From assembly GCA_026026165.1 (NCBI GenBank), contig JAPEUD010000016.1, positions 186,001 to 250,000 on the forward strand: DNA of 64,000 nucleotides, written 5' to 3'. Position numbers and translations under genes: made by a program. The stretch comes from Sarea resinae. Its lineage: Eukaryota. The notes under the pieces were generated by a model. That model did not search any database, had not been told where the DNA came from, and worked only from the letters and a program-made list of their open reading frames with translations. Positions 24,094 through 37,665 of this stretch are shown here, piece by piece. Position 1 is the first letter of the stretch. Every line of letters begins with the position of its first letter.

Positions 24094-26100
24094 TCAGTTT
24101 GGAGCAGAGTCGAGCTTTAACAATGGTCGCGCCAGATAACTGTTTCTCGGATCCGCTACGTTGCCAACGTAGGGGCTTGATAATAAAATAATGTGGTAGT
24201 GGCCAAGACAGACGGTAAGCATCACCAATGGTGATGTCAGACTCCCTGGCGGCCTGACGAGATGCTCGAATTTGCCTACCTTGGTCATGAATTGGAGATG
24301 GTAGACCTCTTCTCGAGCAAAAAAGCTCCCGTCAATTTATTCCCGGTTTCTTGATACTGTCGTTGGTCTCTAGCTAACAATCCACAGAGCGGATCAGCCA
24401 TCCTCTGAGAAAAGCTGTGTATTAGTCTCGCATTGCGTTTGTCTCTGGTGTATCTTATTCGGACCTCTGTAGCAGACAAAGGTGAATGATGTGGCTGGTA
24501 TATAGTGCTAGAAAATGTGTGAATTTCTCAGTAGTGGTGAATAGGTAGGTATCTAGTACCTAGTCATGCATTTTTTGTCAATGCCACTATGTCTCAAAGT
24601 GAGGTAGTCTGATCCCTAGGACCAATATTTATGTTAAAGACAAGTTCAGACTGCTCTTACGAGCCCCCGTGTTAATTAAGCCTCGGCTGCCTCTTGTGTC
24701 TGATAGCCGTTCTTGTCGAGCCATCTTTTAATAGCAGGGGGAAGTGCAGTATACCCCACTGGTTTGTACGAGTATTGCCGCTTTTCCTAGGAAGTTTCTA
24801 TTTTGACTAGATCAAGGGCCTCTTTCCCCCTATCTGTCTCTCTCCAAGTCAAGCCGCTCTTTCTAGATGCCTTTTAGGCAAATGCATGAAGCAATCCAGC
24901 TTTAATATCTTAGAACCCACGATCAATAGCGCTAAGTTGTAGGCCATGTCACCATGGCAAGCAACATCGACCCTGCGTCCATAGAACAGCGCTTCTGGGT
25001 GCCAACTAAAGATAAATACTTTGGCCACGTTCCCCTCAGTATCTACTTCCAGTCTCATGTCGATCATCTCCCTATTGAGGCGGACATGCATAGGGGGCCA
25101 AATTCTTACGCTTGCTGATCCTGTCCTTGTTTGCTGCTCCTAGGACCAGCCAAACTTTGGCACGACTCGATTGAATAATCTATTTGGTGAAAACCTCATG
25201 GATTTTCCTTGATTAGAGAGATCAGCCATATATTAGCATCACCTTATCTCTGTTGTCTTCCTGCGAGACTTTGTCTGCCCTTTAGCAGTAATAATCGACT
25301 ATCAGCACATTTTCAACCGTGTCTACTTTCCCTTGGACGCGCAACAGACATAGATTCCCTAGGTCGGCGAACTCCCTATTCTGCTGCTGTGTGGCTCCTG
25401 TAAAGGTGGGCTAATGCAGAAGAATTGCCAGTGGGTCATCCAAACCCATAGAAGGCTTCACGAGATTTCCTCTTTCCTCCTTAGATTAGGCGATCTCTTT
25501 TTCGACAAACTTCCCGAATTCTTCGTCCAACGGAAGCTTTTGCCGGCTCGGCTGCTGTCTATTGATGAAAGTATGAAGACTTTCCTGCAGACCTCGCTGG
25601 CAATGCTCTATCAATTTCTGAAGATAATTGTTCTGAGTCCAATCACTATGGTCTTGTTCTACAGGACAAGAAGACGGAAGCGTGTTGAGAAGGGACGCCT
25701 CGTTCAGAGGCATGATCAATCTGTGATCGCGGGGAGCCATAGCGCCTAGGCGGAGTGACAGGAAGCTTGCGTATTGATAGCTGGAAGAGAGAATAACCAT
25801 CACTGCCTCTAGTAAGTATACTAGACGTGCTGGTACGAGTTTTTCGAATACTCCTAACGCCACAAATTTGTTTGAGACGGCCTCAATTGACCATACCCCG
25901 AAGCATCTAGTCTGTACTTCTGCTTTTTTGAAAGGATTATGGCTCTGTATTCGGCCTTTAAGCCTGGCCGTCTGGAATCTCCTAGGGCCTCGTGAGACTG
26001 CTGCGGCGCCTCACGATATATCCCGTATATGTCTTCAAACAATGTAAGAACATTAGCATACGCCCCTTGGCGATTGTCATATAAGTCTCCTCCGATCTCT
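24094..26100 (-). pseudogene. Degenerate paralogous copies of the 27.2-29.7 kb GIY-YIG/UDG-like gene
   Basis: VYLLEAVMVIL..SFLSLR..PLNEASLL, VFIFSWHPEALF..DMAYNLA and EHLVRPPGSLTSPL..VADPRN align by eye with the 27545-28777 ORF; many stops. Confidence 0.7.
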
Positions 26101-27184
26101 TCGAGCTTTGCTCCTGTCAGTCGCCCGTTGCGCGCTGGGAGACTCGATACTTCGGGTCTGACTGCCCTTGGTATTGACAGGGCAGCGAGATGTGTGGAGC
26201 GCTGCTATATAGTAGGCAAATAGAGGTGACCGTATGAGCCGGACTCTAGCGGTCTTTTTGGCCCACGTAGAAACAGGTTTGCGTGTTCACTGGTCCTTAC
26301 ACGAGGCGTGCATCACTGTCGATAGACTCCAAGTACTCTTGAACAGGGGTTTCTCCGAGAGCCGCAAGAGCAGCCGTCAATGCGGCCATATCCAGAGTTC
26401 CCTCGTCGGCGGCGGTGGTGGCATCGGCGGGGGCGTCGGCGTTCTCTCCGTTCCGTGCTAACTTCATCAAAGACGGTCATTTGAACCCACAAAGCGGCGT
26501 TCCCGAGAGACATATTCCTGTCCAGCTGTATATTGTAAGCTGATACGAGTCCTGGCCGGCCTGATTACCGATCCTTCTGAGAGACAGGTAGAGTTGTCAT
26601 TACAAGAGGGCGACAGTCTACAGGAATGGTTAGCAAGTTGATCAATGCAGATAAGATATAAGTATGTTGAAGGTATATTCAGACCTGATCCCATTTTTGA
26701 GCCGTAGCCTTTTCAATCTTTTGTTGGAGTATTAGACGCAGTAGTAATAGCGTGAGGAGAGAAATAGAAGAGCCCAAGTGTAGTAATTGAAGATTCCGCT
26801 GTATAGTAGTGAAGCCTTAGGTAAGGACTACGATCATTCACTAGCTTTGGTCCATTCACTGATATAAGTATTGAGTATTGGATGGACTAAGCTCAAGCTA
26901 ATCCAAGTCAGAGCCGACACGGCACCTGAAAGGCAATATATCTATCCGTGCTGATCTCATATCGAGCACTTGGGTCATTCCTCTGCACTTTGCGGTGGGT
27001 ACAGTGTGTTCGCACCGTGTCACTCTCTCCAGAAGTTGCATCGGTAGCTCTGAAATGCTGTGCCGGATTGGATTTGGAGCGTCTTTCCACATGCAAGCCA
27101 GTAATCTGCATGACGTTGTTGCCAGACTCCTTTAGTGTGGCTCTGCCTTTCTGCCGCATCAGACTCTTGACTGCAGCCACTAGG

Positions 27185-29658
27185 CTCTTACTGAGCCCCT
27201 GCGTTATTAAAGCCTCCGCAGCCTCTTGTGTCTGATAGCCATTCTTAACGAGCCACCTTATGATAGCGGCTGGGCGTGCATTATACCCCAGTGGTTTGTA
27301 AAACTGCTTTGGCCCAGTTAGTCTCTATTTGAACTAGATCAAGGGCAGATTTGCCTCTGTCTATCTCTCTCCGAGTCGCGGCGTTACTTCCGAGTACCGT
27401 TTGAGCAAAGTGTATGAAGAGAGGCCCGCGGCTGGGGTAGCTAGATTATAAGCTACGTCACTGAGTGCCGCGGATCTAGCCCTGCCGTCGGGTTTGAATA
27501 ATGCTTCTGGATGATGGCTGAAGATGAACACTCGGATTGTCACTTCATCGTTTCTCTCTAAGGGCCCCATGTATAGTGATGCCATTGATGAGGATACGTA
27601 GCGGCTTCAAGCCGCGGCGAAGTTGGATCCTCTCTTGGTTGGCTTTGCCCAATACAAGCCAGTCTTTGGCCTGACTTGAACGGATGATCCATTCTGTAAA
27701 ACCCTCGTGCATTGCCCTCGATTCTGAGGACCAAGCATCCATGGGCACAGCACTGTCAGATATTTTGCTCTTCGGCACCTTGTTGGCACGACGACAGTAG
27801 TAGTCTGCCATCAATACATCCGTGGCGGAGTCGAGCTTTGTCAACACTCGCACCAGACAGCCGTTGGTCGGATCTGAAACCTCACCATTGTCGGGCCTTG
27901 AGGCCGAGAGAGTTGGCCAGTGGAGAAGTATCGCCAATGGCGACGTCAGCCTTCCCGACGGCCTGACGAGGTGCTCGACTTTTTGTCCCGATAGAGCGAC
28001 CTCTTGTCGAGCAAACTGCTCGAAAGCTTCCGTCAAAGTCTCATCGTTCTCTTGATGAGGTTGTCGCTCCCTGGAGAGCAACTGGCGGACCGTATCTTCC
28101 CTTTGAACAGGGCACCCTTCCACCAACTTCGCCGTATACTCATCTGCAGTCAGCTGGATGAGTTCCTCTGCAGCTGCCAAGTGCGAAGGATGTGGGCATA
28201 GTGGTGATGCATCGTTCGGCATCGCCACGCTTGATAGTGGCGCCAAAGTGCCAGGGCGAAGAGATCTGAAACTCATATGGTTCCAAGTCCCAAATAAAAT
28301 CGTGCAGATCGCCTCCACAAAGTACGTGAGGCCCTGAGGTACCTCGACGTCGAAGAGAGCAAGAATGACAAATTTGTGAGATTTGCCTTCTCCTCTCCAG
28401 AAGTTATAGTGCCTTGATGGCTTCGACTTCTGTTGCTGCTTGTGGCTGGCGATGCGGGCTTTCAGGCCTGCCACTTTTTTGCGGCCCGCAGGTATGGCTG
28501 CAGCTCCTCCAATGTAGAAGCCAAAGGAGTCGTCCATCGTGGTGATGACATTTGCATACACCCCTTGCCGATTGTCGGCATCGCTGCCGATTGCCAAGAG
28601 TCCCTCTTTCGTGGCCGGCTCATCGAGAGCTAAGAGGTTGAGGACCTCTGACCTGAGCGACTGATATAATTCGGCCGAGACGATATCGGCCTCGAAGTCT
28701 CTGCTTATCAGGTATTCCCGGACAAGCATTGCCATCTCGATGGCGCCATTTGAAAGGCCCTCGATGACGGCGGCCACAACGTCTGAAATGAGACGCTGGG
28801 TTCCTGATTCTGAAGCATCAGGTAGCCACGCTATCCATCATCTGCTTCGTTATGCTGTCAATGCCATGGCTGGACACGTAATCTTTGAACGTAGGAGGTA
28901 GTGCCCGTGTGGCAGCTCGTTCCTCCGTCTGTATCAAGTGGAGCAGGCGGGCCAGAACGAGACAAGGATCGGCGAGACCACGCGGTTCTGCGGGACCATC
29001 ATTCGGACCTGAAGTTTTGTTAAAATCAATAAGACTCTTCTCATGTGAATAGTCCATACCAGGGCCTGATAGAGGCATGCTGCAAAGTGGAACCCTTTTC
29101 CGACGCTTTAGAAGCGGCTTCTCTGCATCTCCTAGTGGAGCTGCCTTGCTCGAATCGTCTGGTTCTACATCGCCGTGGTCCGATTCGTTCCCTTCCTCCT
29201 CTGAGATATTATCTTCCTCTTCTAAGGAAATTTCGATGGTTTCGAGTCCATCGATGTGCTTAGAGGCTGGGTGGGCATCTATTTCATTAGCTGAGCCTTC
29301 GAGCATATGACCTCGAGTTTTGCTTACTGTCGGCTGCATCGACTGCACAGCCTTTGCCTTTGTCTACACCCTTGCCAAAGCAATTAGCAATGTTCTCCTC
29401 TTCTGAGTCATCTGAGTCAATCAAGATTGACTGCTGCTTAGATGACCCTAGCGTCGAGGCTTGTTTCTTCGAGGACGGCTCGGCTTCAGCGGACTCAGCT
29501 GCCCTCTTCTTCCCACCACTAGGGGCCTGCTGAAATGCCGATGCGGTCTCTGGCTGCCTTTTTGCAAAGCCGAGCTTTGACTGACCAGAAGCATTACCTG
29601 CCTTCTGGATTTTCGCGGCCGTTGTCCTCTTGTCGATTTTCGTCTTCTCCTAGTCCAT
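27185..29658 (-). pseudogene. Disrupted gene with a GIY-YIG-like domain followed by a putative UDG-like domain
   Basis: QGVYANV...FYIGGA...GLKARIASH; then AILLHWPT...WLVLGK...(frameshift) IFSHHPEALF. The N-terminal region 28818-29658 has stops and frameshifts. Confidence 0.55.
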
Positions 29659-31494
29659 CTTGATATGGACTAGGAGATGCAAACAATGAGTAAGTGATTC
29701 AAACAATTGTAAAGTAAGCCAACGAATGGTTTTGAAGAATTGTTTTGAGAATTGAGATACTGCTAGGGACTGAAAAAGCGAGGAGGGCGAATAGGGCAGA
29801 TATACTACGCTGTCCCCAGGTATCTGGCTCCTGCCACACGCTTGACCCACACCTTCCAAAGCAGTCCTAAACGGACCATACTTTACCCATTACATCTATC
29901 AAAGCACTTCCATTACCTTCCGTAGCAAACTCCATTTGCAGCTGCTTCATGTCCACGGGTGCAATCTCACATGCTCGATGTGACTTCCCCATGGTCTCTT
30001 TTCAGAAGCGGTGAGCTTTTCCCGCTGTTGCCGATCGAGGCAAGCAGTGACTTGAATATATGCAGGGAACGTGCAAGAAAAGACAGCTTCGAAGACGAAA
30101 CACAAACAGACAGAAAACGTGAAAAATCACTTGTAGAAGGGATGCTCTTCTCTTATGACACGGGATAGCATCTTTGGCTAGTGCAGGATTGCTGGACAGC
30201 AAACAGTCTAAGCACGTTTTGAAGAAATTACCTACCACTCGAGGGACTCTACTGCCAGTGTCACTCCCCACTTGTCTGCATCTCCAAGCATGGGCCAAAG
30301 CTCTTTCCCAAATGAGTAGATACGCCTACAGGCTTAACAGTACGAGGATCGCGAAACCAAAGTTCCAGCGCACATGACATGCTTCTGGAAGCAGGCCATA
30401 TCCATGGATCCATGTCCATCTCCGTCACTACAGAGCCGACGTCCCTATTCAACTGAGCAGGAGGCACTCGAAGTCAGTAAGCGGGTGTAGCATGGCTAGT
30501 GCGAGGACTTTGAGCCAAGCAAGCGGCGAAGCATTGGATATAAAGAATAAAGAGCACAGTGCCGCAGAGGAACGCAGGGCATCGATGCGCAATTGACGCT
30601 AATAGACAGAGGCGCGCAGGTGCGAGCAGGAGATTAGAGACTACCTATGAATGAAGGTGCGTGGCAACATAGTCAGAGCCGTACAGACGACCAAGGCATT
30701 CACTTGCAAGATGTAGCACATAGATCTTCGCCGAGTACATATTCACACACTTCCCCTCCGGAAGCTACACGACCATCCTCACTAGCCCTCCCTAAGGTGC
30801 AAACAATGGTAAGTGGTACCACTATTGAAATGATTATGCAAATTTTACAAGCAAAAAAAAAGCTGCAACTAAAACACCATTAATAGCTTGCGTAGAACCC
30901 ATCTTTGTTTCTGATTTTATGAATCATATGTCTGTGGAGTGTTCGAGCATCGCGCCGAGTTCATGCTTTAGTAGCCTCCTAGACTCTCTCGTAGCGGGCA
31001 CATTGAGGATCCACAGAGACTTAGCACGAGTGAGAAGAGCGACAAGTCTTAGAGATAGGTGGTACTTGATTTAGGATTTACGTCTTGAAATCCATGGCCT
31101 TTAGAGTCTTGCAGATTGGCGTGCAGAACCTGAATTCGATGAGAGGAAGGGTTGAGAGAAAGGAGCGGCGTTGTTTCCGAGGTAAGACTGTTGATTGAGT
31201 AGTCGATCTGACTAATTGCCATAAAATGCTTAAGGTAGGAACGGAAATGCAGACATGAAGTACTTCGTACTTTGTACTTATAGTACGATGGATAGTGAGA
31301 GGATACTTCCAATAGGCTCTTAAGATTACCTAGGCACTAACTCTATTCAATTTAAGCGACTAGCCGCGGACGAAAATCTTGGAACGCACCAGATAGACTC
31401 ATACTACTCACTCATAATTACGCGTTCACAGGCCGCATCCGGCTCTCTTTCAAAGCTCTATAGTGTATCTAAAATGTAGATCTTTCAATCAAAA

Positions 31495-31612
31495 GCCTCT
31501 ATAGCTCAGTGGTAGCAGCGCGTCACTAGTACTTTCCTCATTTGGAATGAACACTTTCCTTGATAGTGATTAGGCAATGACGAGGTCCTCGGTTCGACTC
31601 CGAGTGGAGGCA
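31495..31612 (+). tRNA. tRNA-Thr(AGT) with a 45-nt intron (31532-31576)
   Basis: GCCTCTA TAGCTCAGTGGTAGCAGC G CGTCA CTAGTA[intron]A TGACG AGGTC CTCGGTTCGACTCCGAG TGGAGGC A, followed by TTTTT. Confidence 0.93.
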
Positions 31613-33036
31613 ATTTTTGGGTTCCTTCCTTTTGTACTTTGCCTTTCAGTATTCGCAGCAATCTTTTTTCTTTTTAATACCGGGGAAGACTGCTCTTGTC
31701 TCTTGATTTATCATACATTGCAATACCTTTTTTATCTCACGATAAAGCCAAGGCAAGAGGACACCGAGTTCAATCGATATTTCCGTTATCAACGCTATCA
31801 AGGAAAGTACGGGATATCTGTCGACTTTCGACTTTGACGGTTAATGTACGCAACCTCTATCCCTTGCCTCCTGTTCCTGACTCAAAACCGCTTGAGCTTA
31901 CTTGAATCAAACATTGCTTTCCAGGCTTTCTCTACGTCTGGCCCGAGACCTACCCGGACGCTTCGATATGTTACGGGGCCCGGAGAAACGACAGAGCTGT
32001 CTTCCATCTAAGGATTCATGAGCTGTTGATTTACCCTTTCACTTTCCAGACTTCATATACTGTGCATTGGAGGAGACTAGATGTCTAGATATTGTATCTG
32101 AGTGCGTCAAGCTTCTTTCTGCCAGCTCCCATCGTTATGCTACGTGTAAGTGCAGAACGTCGTATCGATTGCAAGAACAGACGCCGCCAGCCGCCGCTTC
32201 CAACCTTGCACGCGCCCACCCGGAAAAGTCGCCGCCACCTCCGGCCTCGAATTCGCAAGAGCTTTGCGTTCGATTCTCGATATGACCATTTCTTAGATGG
32301 TGCCTGCTCTACTTCGAGGAACTGCTGGGGGAGGACGTTACGCCCACACTGAAGAGCCTTGCCTTCCATCGAATTTCCATATTCATTCGTTCATCCTGCT
32401 TAATTACACTGGAACCTTGGAAGGCAAAAGACGTCATCATAATTCTTCGGGAGTAACGACCACCTCAATGAGGCTTTGATTGCATGACTCTTGAGTACAA
32501 ACTCTGTGTGGCTTTACGTTTATGCCTTCCACTCTCCATGTCAATTTCGGTTCTATCTTACTCGAAAGACTCTCGTTTGCAATACTCCTTCTTTGCCATA
32601 GTTATCACGTTGCTTTACGTCGATGCCGTCTTCCGCGACTCGGCTCGTGTCTCTTTCCTCCTACCCTCTCGGTCCCCCAAGGCCATCATCTACACTTTCC
32701 GATCTATCCATTTCCATCTCCATCCCCATCCCCACCTTCAAGCTTGCCCGCATACGCTCCCCCAGTTCCCTCGTCTCATCTATCCATACCTTCCAATCTC
32801 TTCGGCCCTATCCCCCACTTCGAACCCCTCCGCACTCCCAAATCCTCCCCTCATCACCCTCACCCACCATCCTCCCATCCATACCTTCCGAATTTCTCCA
32901 TCTCCTACTTCCACAAGATAATATCATGTCGTAATGCAATCTCGAGTGAACCGTAGACAGTCGTAGGTATAAATATCCCCGTCCCGCCGCTCGGTTTTCC
33001 ATCTCTTCTCTAGATTTCCTAGATCGTCCGAACCAG

Positions 33037-33232
<196 letters not shown>

Positions 33233-33235
33233 AAA

Positions 33236-33880
33236 ATGCCCCGCAATCTCGTATGATTTCCCTCTCTTGGCTCATCCTTTCTCTCCTCTTACTGTATCCC
33301 TTCGATGTTCTCGGGTCTCGTACCTCTGCTCTGAATCACTTGGACCCAAACTGCTAACAACACTGTCCAGCACATGTACTCTTTGATTACGGTACTCTTG
33401 GAGTAATCTGCTGACAGTGTGTCTATATTAACATAATGTGCTACGAATGCCGTGCCTACGGGCACATAGCGGCAAATTGCCCAGCACGGCCTGTAGCTGT
33501 ACACTATGTACAGCTGAATGCTTTACCGGCCTTCCTGGCCGTAAGTACCTCGCCCCTCAAATTAATCAGTGGGTATTGTCTAACGTGTCTGGTTCTAGGA
33601 CAGGGAGAGGGACGCCCGCGCAACCCGATCTGCCCGCCCCTCTGCCTCCCGGTCTGCCCGCCCCCCTGCCCGCCCCTCTGCCCGCCCGTCCGCCTCCGCC
33701 GCCGCCCCCTCGGGGGTTAAAAAGGGCAAGGCGAAGAAGAAGAAGGCTGCGGCCGCCGCCCCCGGAGACAAAGTGGCCGCCGCCGCCGCCGCCGCTGGAG
33801 ACAAGGGAGCTGGCCCCAAAAAGGCGAAGGAGGAGTCGGCGGTGGGGGGTGGGTCGATCGGGCCGAATCGTACTGAGTGA
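33236..33880 (+). CDS. Small CCHC zinc-knuckle protein with an Ala/Arg/Lys-rich tail; paralogue of the 22777-23533 gene
   Basis: TATAAATA at about 32968; micro-exon MPRNL followed by GTATGA; CYECRAYGHIAANC; intron 33541-33598 (GTAAGT..CTAAC..TAG); last exon DRERDARATRSARP...KKGKAKKKKAAAA ending at TGA 33878-33880. Confidence 0.6.
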
Positions 33881-34706
33881 GAGGCTCGAATGACGGAACA
33901 CTTTTTGGCAGTTATTTTTGGGGATCGATAGTCTGAAATACCATTGCTTTATTGCTCATTCGCTATCATGTGCTACAAGTGACCTGAATGATCTATATGC
34001 TACCAATGAATCTACTAAGGACTTTGATGATTCTATCTTGTGCTTCTTTCTCAGCGCCTTGAGTCTTCGACCATGTCTCCAGATTCAGGAGCAGGGGCAT
34101 CATCACCTCAGCCTCTCTCGTGGTTGCGTTGTATAGATAAAATCGAGACTGAAGCATATCTGTCGAACAAGCGGGAGATGCCTTGTCTTGCGAGGGGCCA
34201 GAGAAGGCTTGCTTCAGCATCGGTTCGGCGTTCATCTCTTTCATGGTGGCCTTGCCCTCGAATGTCTCATGACTCTAGACACCGCGAAGGGCAAAGCGAG
34301 ATCAGACAGCAACCTATAGGAGAACGAAGCAGTGGTATATCTCTAAGGTGGGCTTTCTCTCTCAATCCAGTTCCTTTTGATCTTAAGTAGAAAAGGGGTT
34401 GCCGGTAGGTATATACTTCGGAGTAGACTAACGAGAGGGCAAGCAGAATAGGTAGACAAGAAAATTGCGGCATATATATAGAGCAGCACCTGATATCAAG
34501 CTATATAATTGGCACCGCAATCCCTTAGGATGTTCTCATATCATATTGTCGTAAGGATCTGTAGAACAGGGGCTATACCGCATCGGCATTTCTGAATCTC
34601 CTTTCCGTCAAGGAGCCTCATCCATTGCATCACCTTAAGCTATGCATGAGCAAAAAAAACATGCGTGAGTGCAGCGAGCACAAGAATAATGGCAGGCAAA
34701 AGCAAG

Positions 34707-34824
34707 TGCCTCCACTCGGAGTCGAACCGAGGACCTCGTCATTGCCTAATCACTATCAAGGAAAGTGTTCATTCCAAATGAGGAAAGTACTAGTGACGCG
34801 CTGCTACCACTGAGCTATAGAGGC
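34707..34824 (-). tRNA. tRNA-Thr(AGT) with a 45-nt intron, identical to the copy at 31495-31612
   Basis: Exact reverse complement, including the intron. Confidence 0.93.
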
Positions 34825-35175
34825 TTTTGATTGGAAGCCCGACGAATTTTGCGTGATTTATTCCAAAGAAACTTGGTGGTGGAAAGTTTCTCCTGAGCTG
34901 ATAACCCCTGAGCTGTCAGTGTGGGGCGGGCTTGGTAGGGAACTCAAAAAAGGGTACTTTCGCTTAGACAGCCAATCCTCTATGCTGATTGTCGAATTAA
35001 GCTTGACCATCGTTACTTTAGCTTAGTGAGCATTTAGCGAGGGTACCTAGCTACGGAGTACTTCGCCCACGAGAGGGCTCTCGAAAGTATCATCTAAGCA
35101 TTATCACAAACATTGCATGTCAGTTCACCGCCAGTCGTGGCAATCCAAAGTTCTCTATGAAATTCCTATGAGAGG

Positions 35176-37198
35176 CTACAGGAATGCTACAGAGTGGTAC
35201 ACCTCAAACCAGTCTTCATGATAGCTGCGGAGATCAATCTGCTCGGGCAGCTTTAGATACGGCGTCAGATCCGCGTCTTCCTCGAGCTCTTTACGCGTCC
35301 AGCCGTTGCCGAAATACGCGAATCGATTGCCAGACGGCGTCTTATACGTGTACTCATAATCCTCCCAGCGAGGATCGCGTCGCACATAATTGACATGAGA
35401 GGCGCTGCCGGGCCACAGGCCGTGGATCCTGGCGCCGGGTCGCCGGCCGTTGGCCCAGGAGCTGCAATCTTGGCTGAGGACTGTACGCGGGAAGAAGGCG
35501 TCGGAATAAGCGACAAAGTCATCCGCGGCTTCCTTTTGCGGGACGATGGTTTTGATGCCCTGGTGCTGGGCCTTGCGCAATAACTTGGCGATGTAGGTTG
35601 CTTGGTTCTCGGCGCTGTGAGGGATGGTGCCTGAAGCACCGGAAGCATTGGGCCCCTGGAGGAAGAGCAGATTGGGAAAGGATGGTGTCGCGACGCCGAG
35701 ATACGAATACGGGAAACCCCAGAGCCCGTCCGGACGCCAGGCTTGCTTGAGATCGATGCCGTTGGCAATAATAGAAAATGGCGGAGCGCGTTCGACATTG
35801 GCTCCTGTGGCGCAGATGATGGCGTCGACTTGGCGTTCAACTCCGTCGGTAGTCCTGATGCCAGTCTCTGTGAATCGTTCGATGGGGGTGCGGATGAAAC
35901 TGACATTCTCTTTTTGCAGGGCCTCGAGGTAGCCGGGACCGGGCGTTAATCTGCGGCAGTGGGGAGAGAAATCCGGCACGATCTCGTCTAGAATTTCAGG
36001 TCTTTCCTTTAGACGCTCGGCCATGAGCTGCAGGAACTCTGCTTTGAGCGTTTCGTTCTGCTTCGAGCCCTTGAATTGGGCTCCGAATCTCTTGAAGAAC
36101 TTGGTTTCTAATTCCTTCCGGAATTGGTGGTATGTCTCCGGATCCTCAAAGGCCTTGAGTTGCTCTTTGGTAAAGTACTTTGGTTCGGGGGTCCGTACTC
36201 CCTCTCCTCCGAACGACCCTGCAATCCATGTCCTACTACGGGCATAATGATCGAGATGTTGAGCCACTTTCTGCAGCTGCGGTACGATCTGAATGCCGCT
36301 TGCTCCGTTACCGATGACGGCTATTTTCTTGCCGGTTGGATCGTAGCTTGGGTCCCAGTTAGAGGAGTGGCGAAGATGGCCTTTGAAGTCGTTGATGCCT
36401 GGGTAGTCGGGGAATTTCCAGGCGTTAAAGTGTCCGATGGCGGTGACGACAAAATCATAGCGTTCCTTGCCCTCGTCGCCGGTTTCTAGATCTTTGACAT
36501 CTAGAACCCATTTCGCCTCGTCCTCGCTCCATTCTGCTTTCGTTATCTGGCGGCGAAATTTGATGTATTGATATACATTATGTTTTCGGGCAACGCTTTG
36601 CCAGTACTCGCGGATCTCTTCGCCGCGGGCGTATTCTTCTGTCCATTGCGTTTTTGGCGAGAATGTGGATTGATACACGTTGGCTGGTATATCGCATCTT
36701 ACACCTGATACCTTTTAGCATATCGAATGAAGACCCGGACAGGCTGTCCTTACCTGGATACACGTTTTCGAGCCAAGTGCCGCTCTGAGATACATCAGCA
36801 TTGACCATGCGTGGACATGAAGAACACGCACCACCTCGGTATTTTTCTCATATATCGTCAGATCAATGCCAGGAACCTTTACTGGAAGCAATGCGCCTGC
36901 CGTTATACCGGAAAGACCGGCTCCGATCACCGCCACCTATGGACTTGTGAGCCTGTGTGGTCATCATGAGGGAGCCATTTACCTTGATTGGAGGATATTC
37001 GCCAATGGGATGATCTTCAAGCTCGAATTTTCTCGCGGGGTCGACTTTCGAGGTCTGAGTCTCAGGCGCCGATTTGGTCGCAACCGCATCGGCTGCATCA
37101 AGGGCTACGCGCTTGAGCTCGACAATGGGAACCTTGACATCATTGACATTTTTAGAGTCGGCTGATGCGCCCTCGGTGGTATTCTCAACCAGAGTCAT
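35176..37198 (-). CDS. Flavin-binding monooxygenase (FMO/Baeyer-Villiger type), multi-exon
   Basis: AVIGAGLSG, GTWLENVYPG/VRCDIP, FKGHLRHSSNW (FxGxxxHxxxW), IGNGASG, RRLTPGPGYLEAL, ICATG. Confidence 0.92.
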
Positions 37199-37665
37199 GA
37201 TTGTTGAGGCCTCTTATACGATAACGGTCTCTACGATGATAATCTCTACTGGATGTTTGTTTCACTTATGTATCTCATTGTTCGACTTCACATGGGCCTG
37301 AGCTATTCATGGACGCCGATGACGAATCGACCCTGTCCTTGAGCTACAATCAACGCCAATCTCTTATCAGTGGCATGGTCGGCTTTACTTGCTATTATGG
37401 TCGAGCAAGGCGAGATTCGTGGTTGATATTGGCGGGGCTGTTTACGACGTGCGATTGCGTTATTACAGAGCTCTGTCACCACATTTCCTATCGCGAACTC
37501 GGCTGCTGATCGACCCCACCACAAAACATCCCTGCACATCCCCGGACCCTGAGACTCCACAACATCGGAGGGCCATCGGCGAGTATAAATGATATAGCCA
37601 AGAATCAAAAGTGTTGCGAATATCGAAAATATTTGCTGGAAAAAGTAATACAATCAAAATTAAAC

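Noticed and set aside
31532..31576. tRNA-Thr intron as a spliceosomal intron
   Set aside because: It sits at the canonical 37/38 position and lacks GT..AG ends and a branch point.
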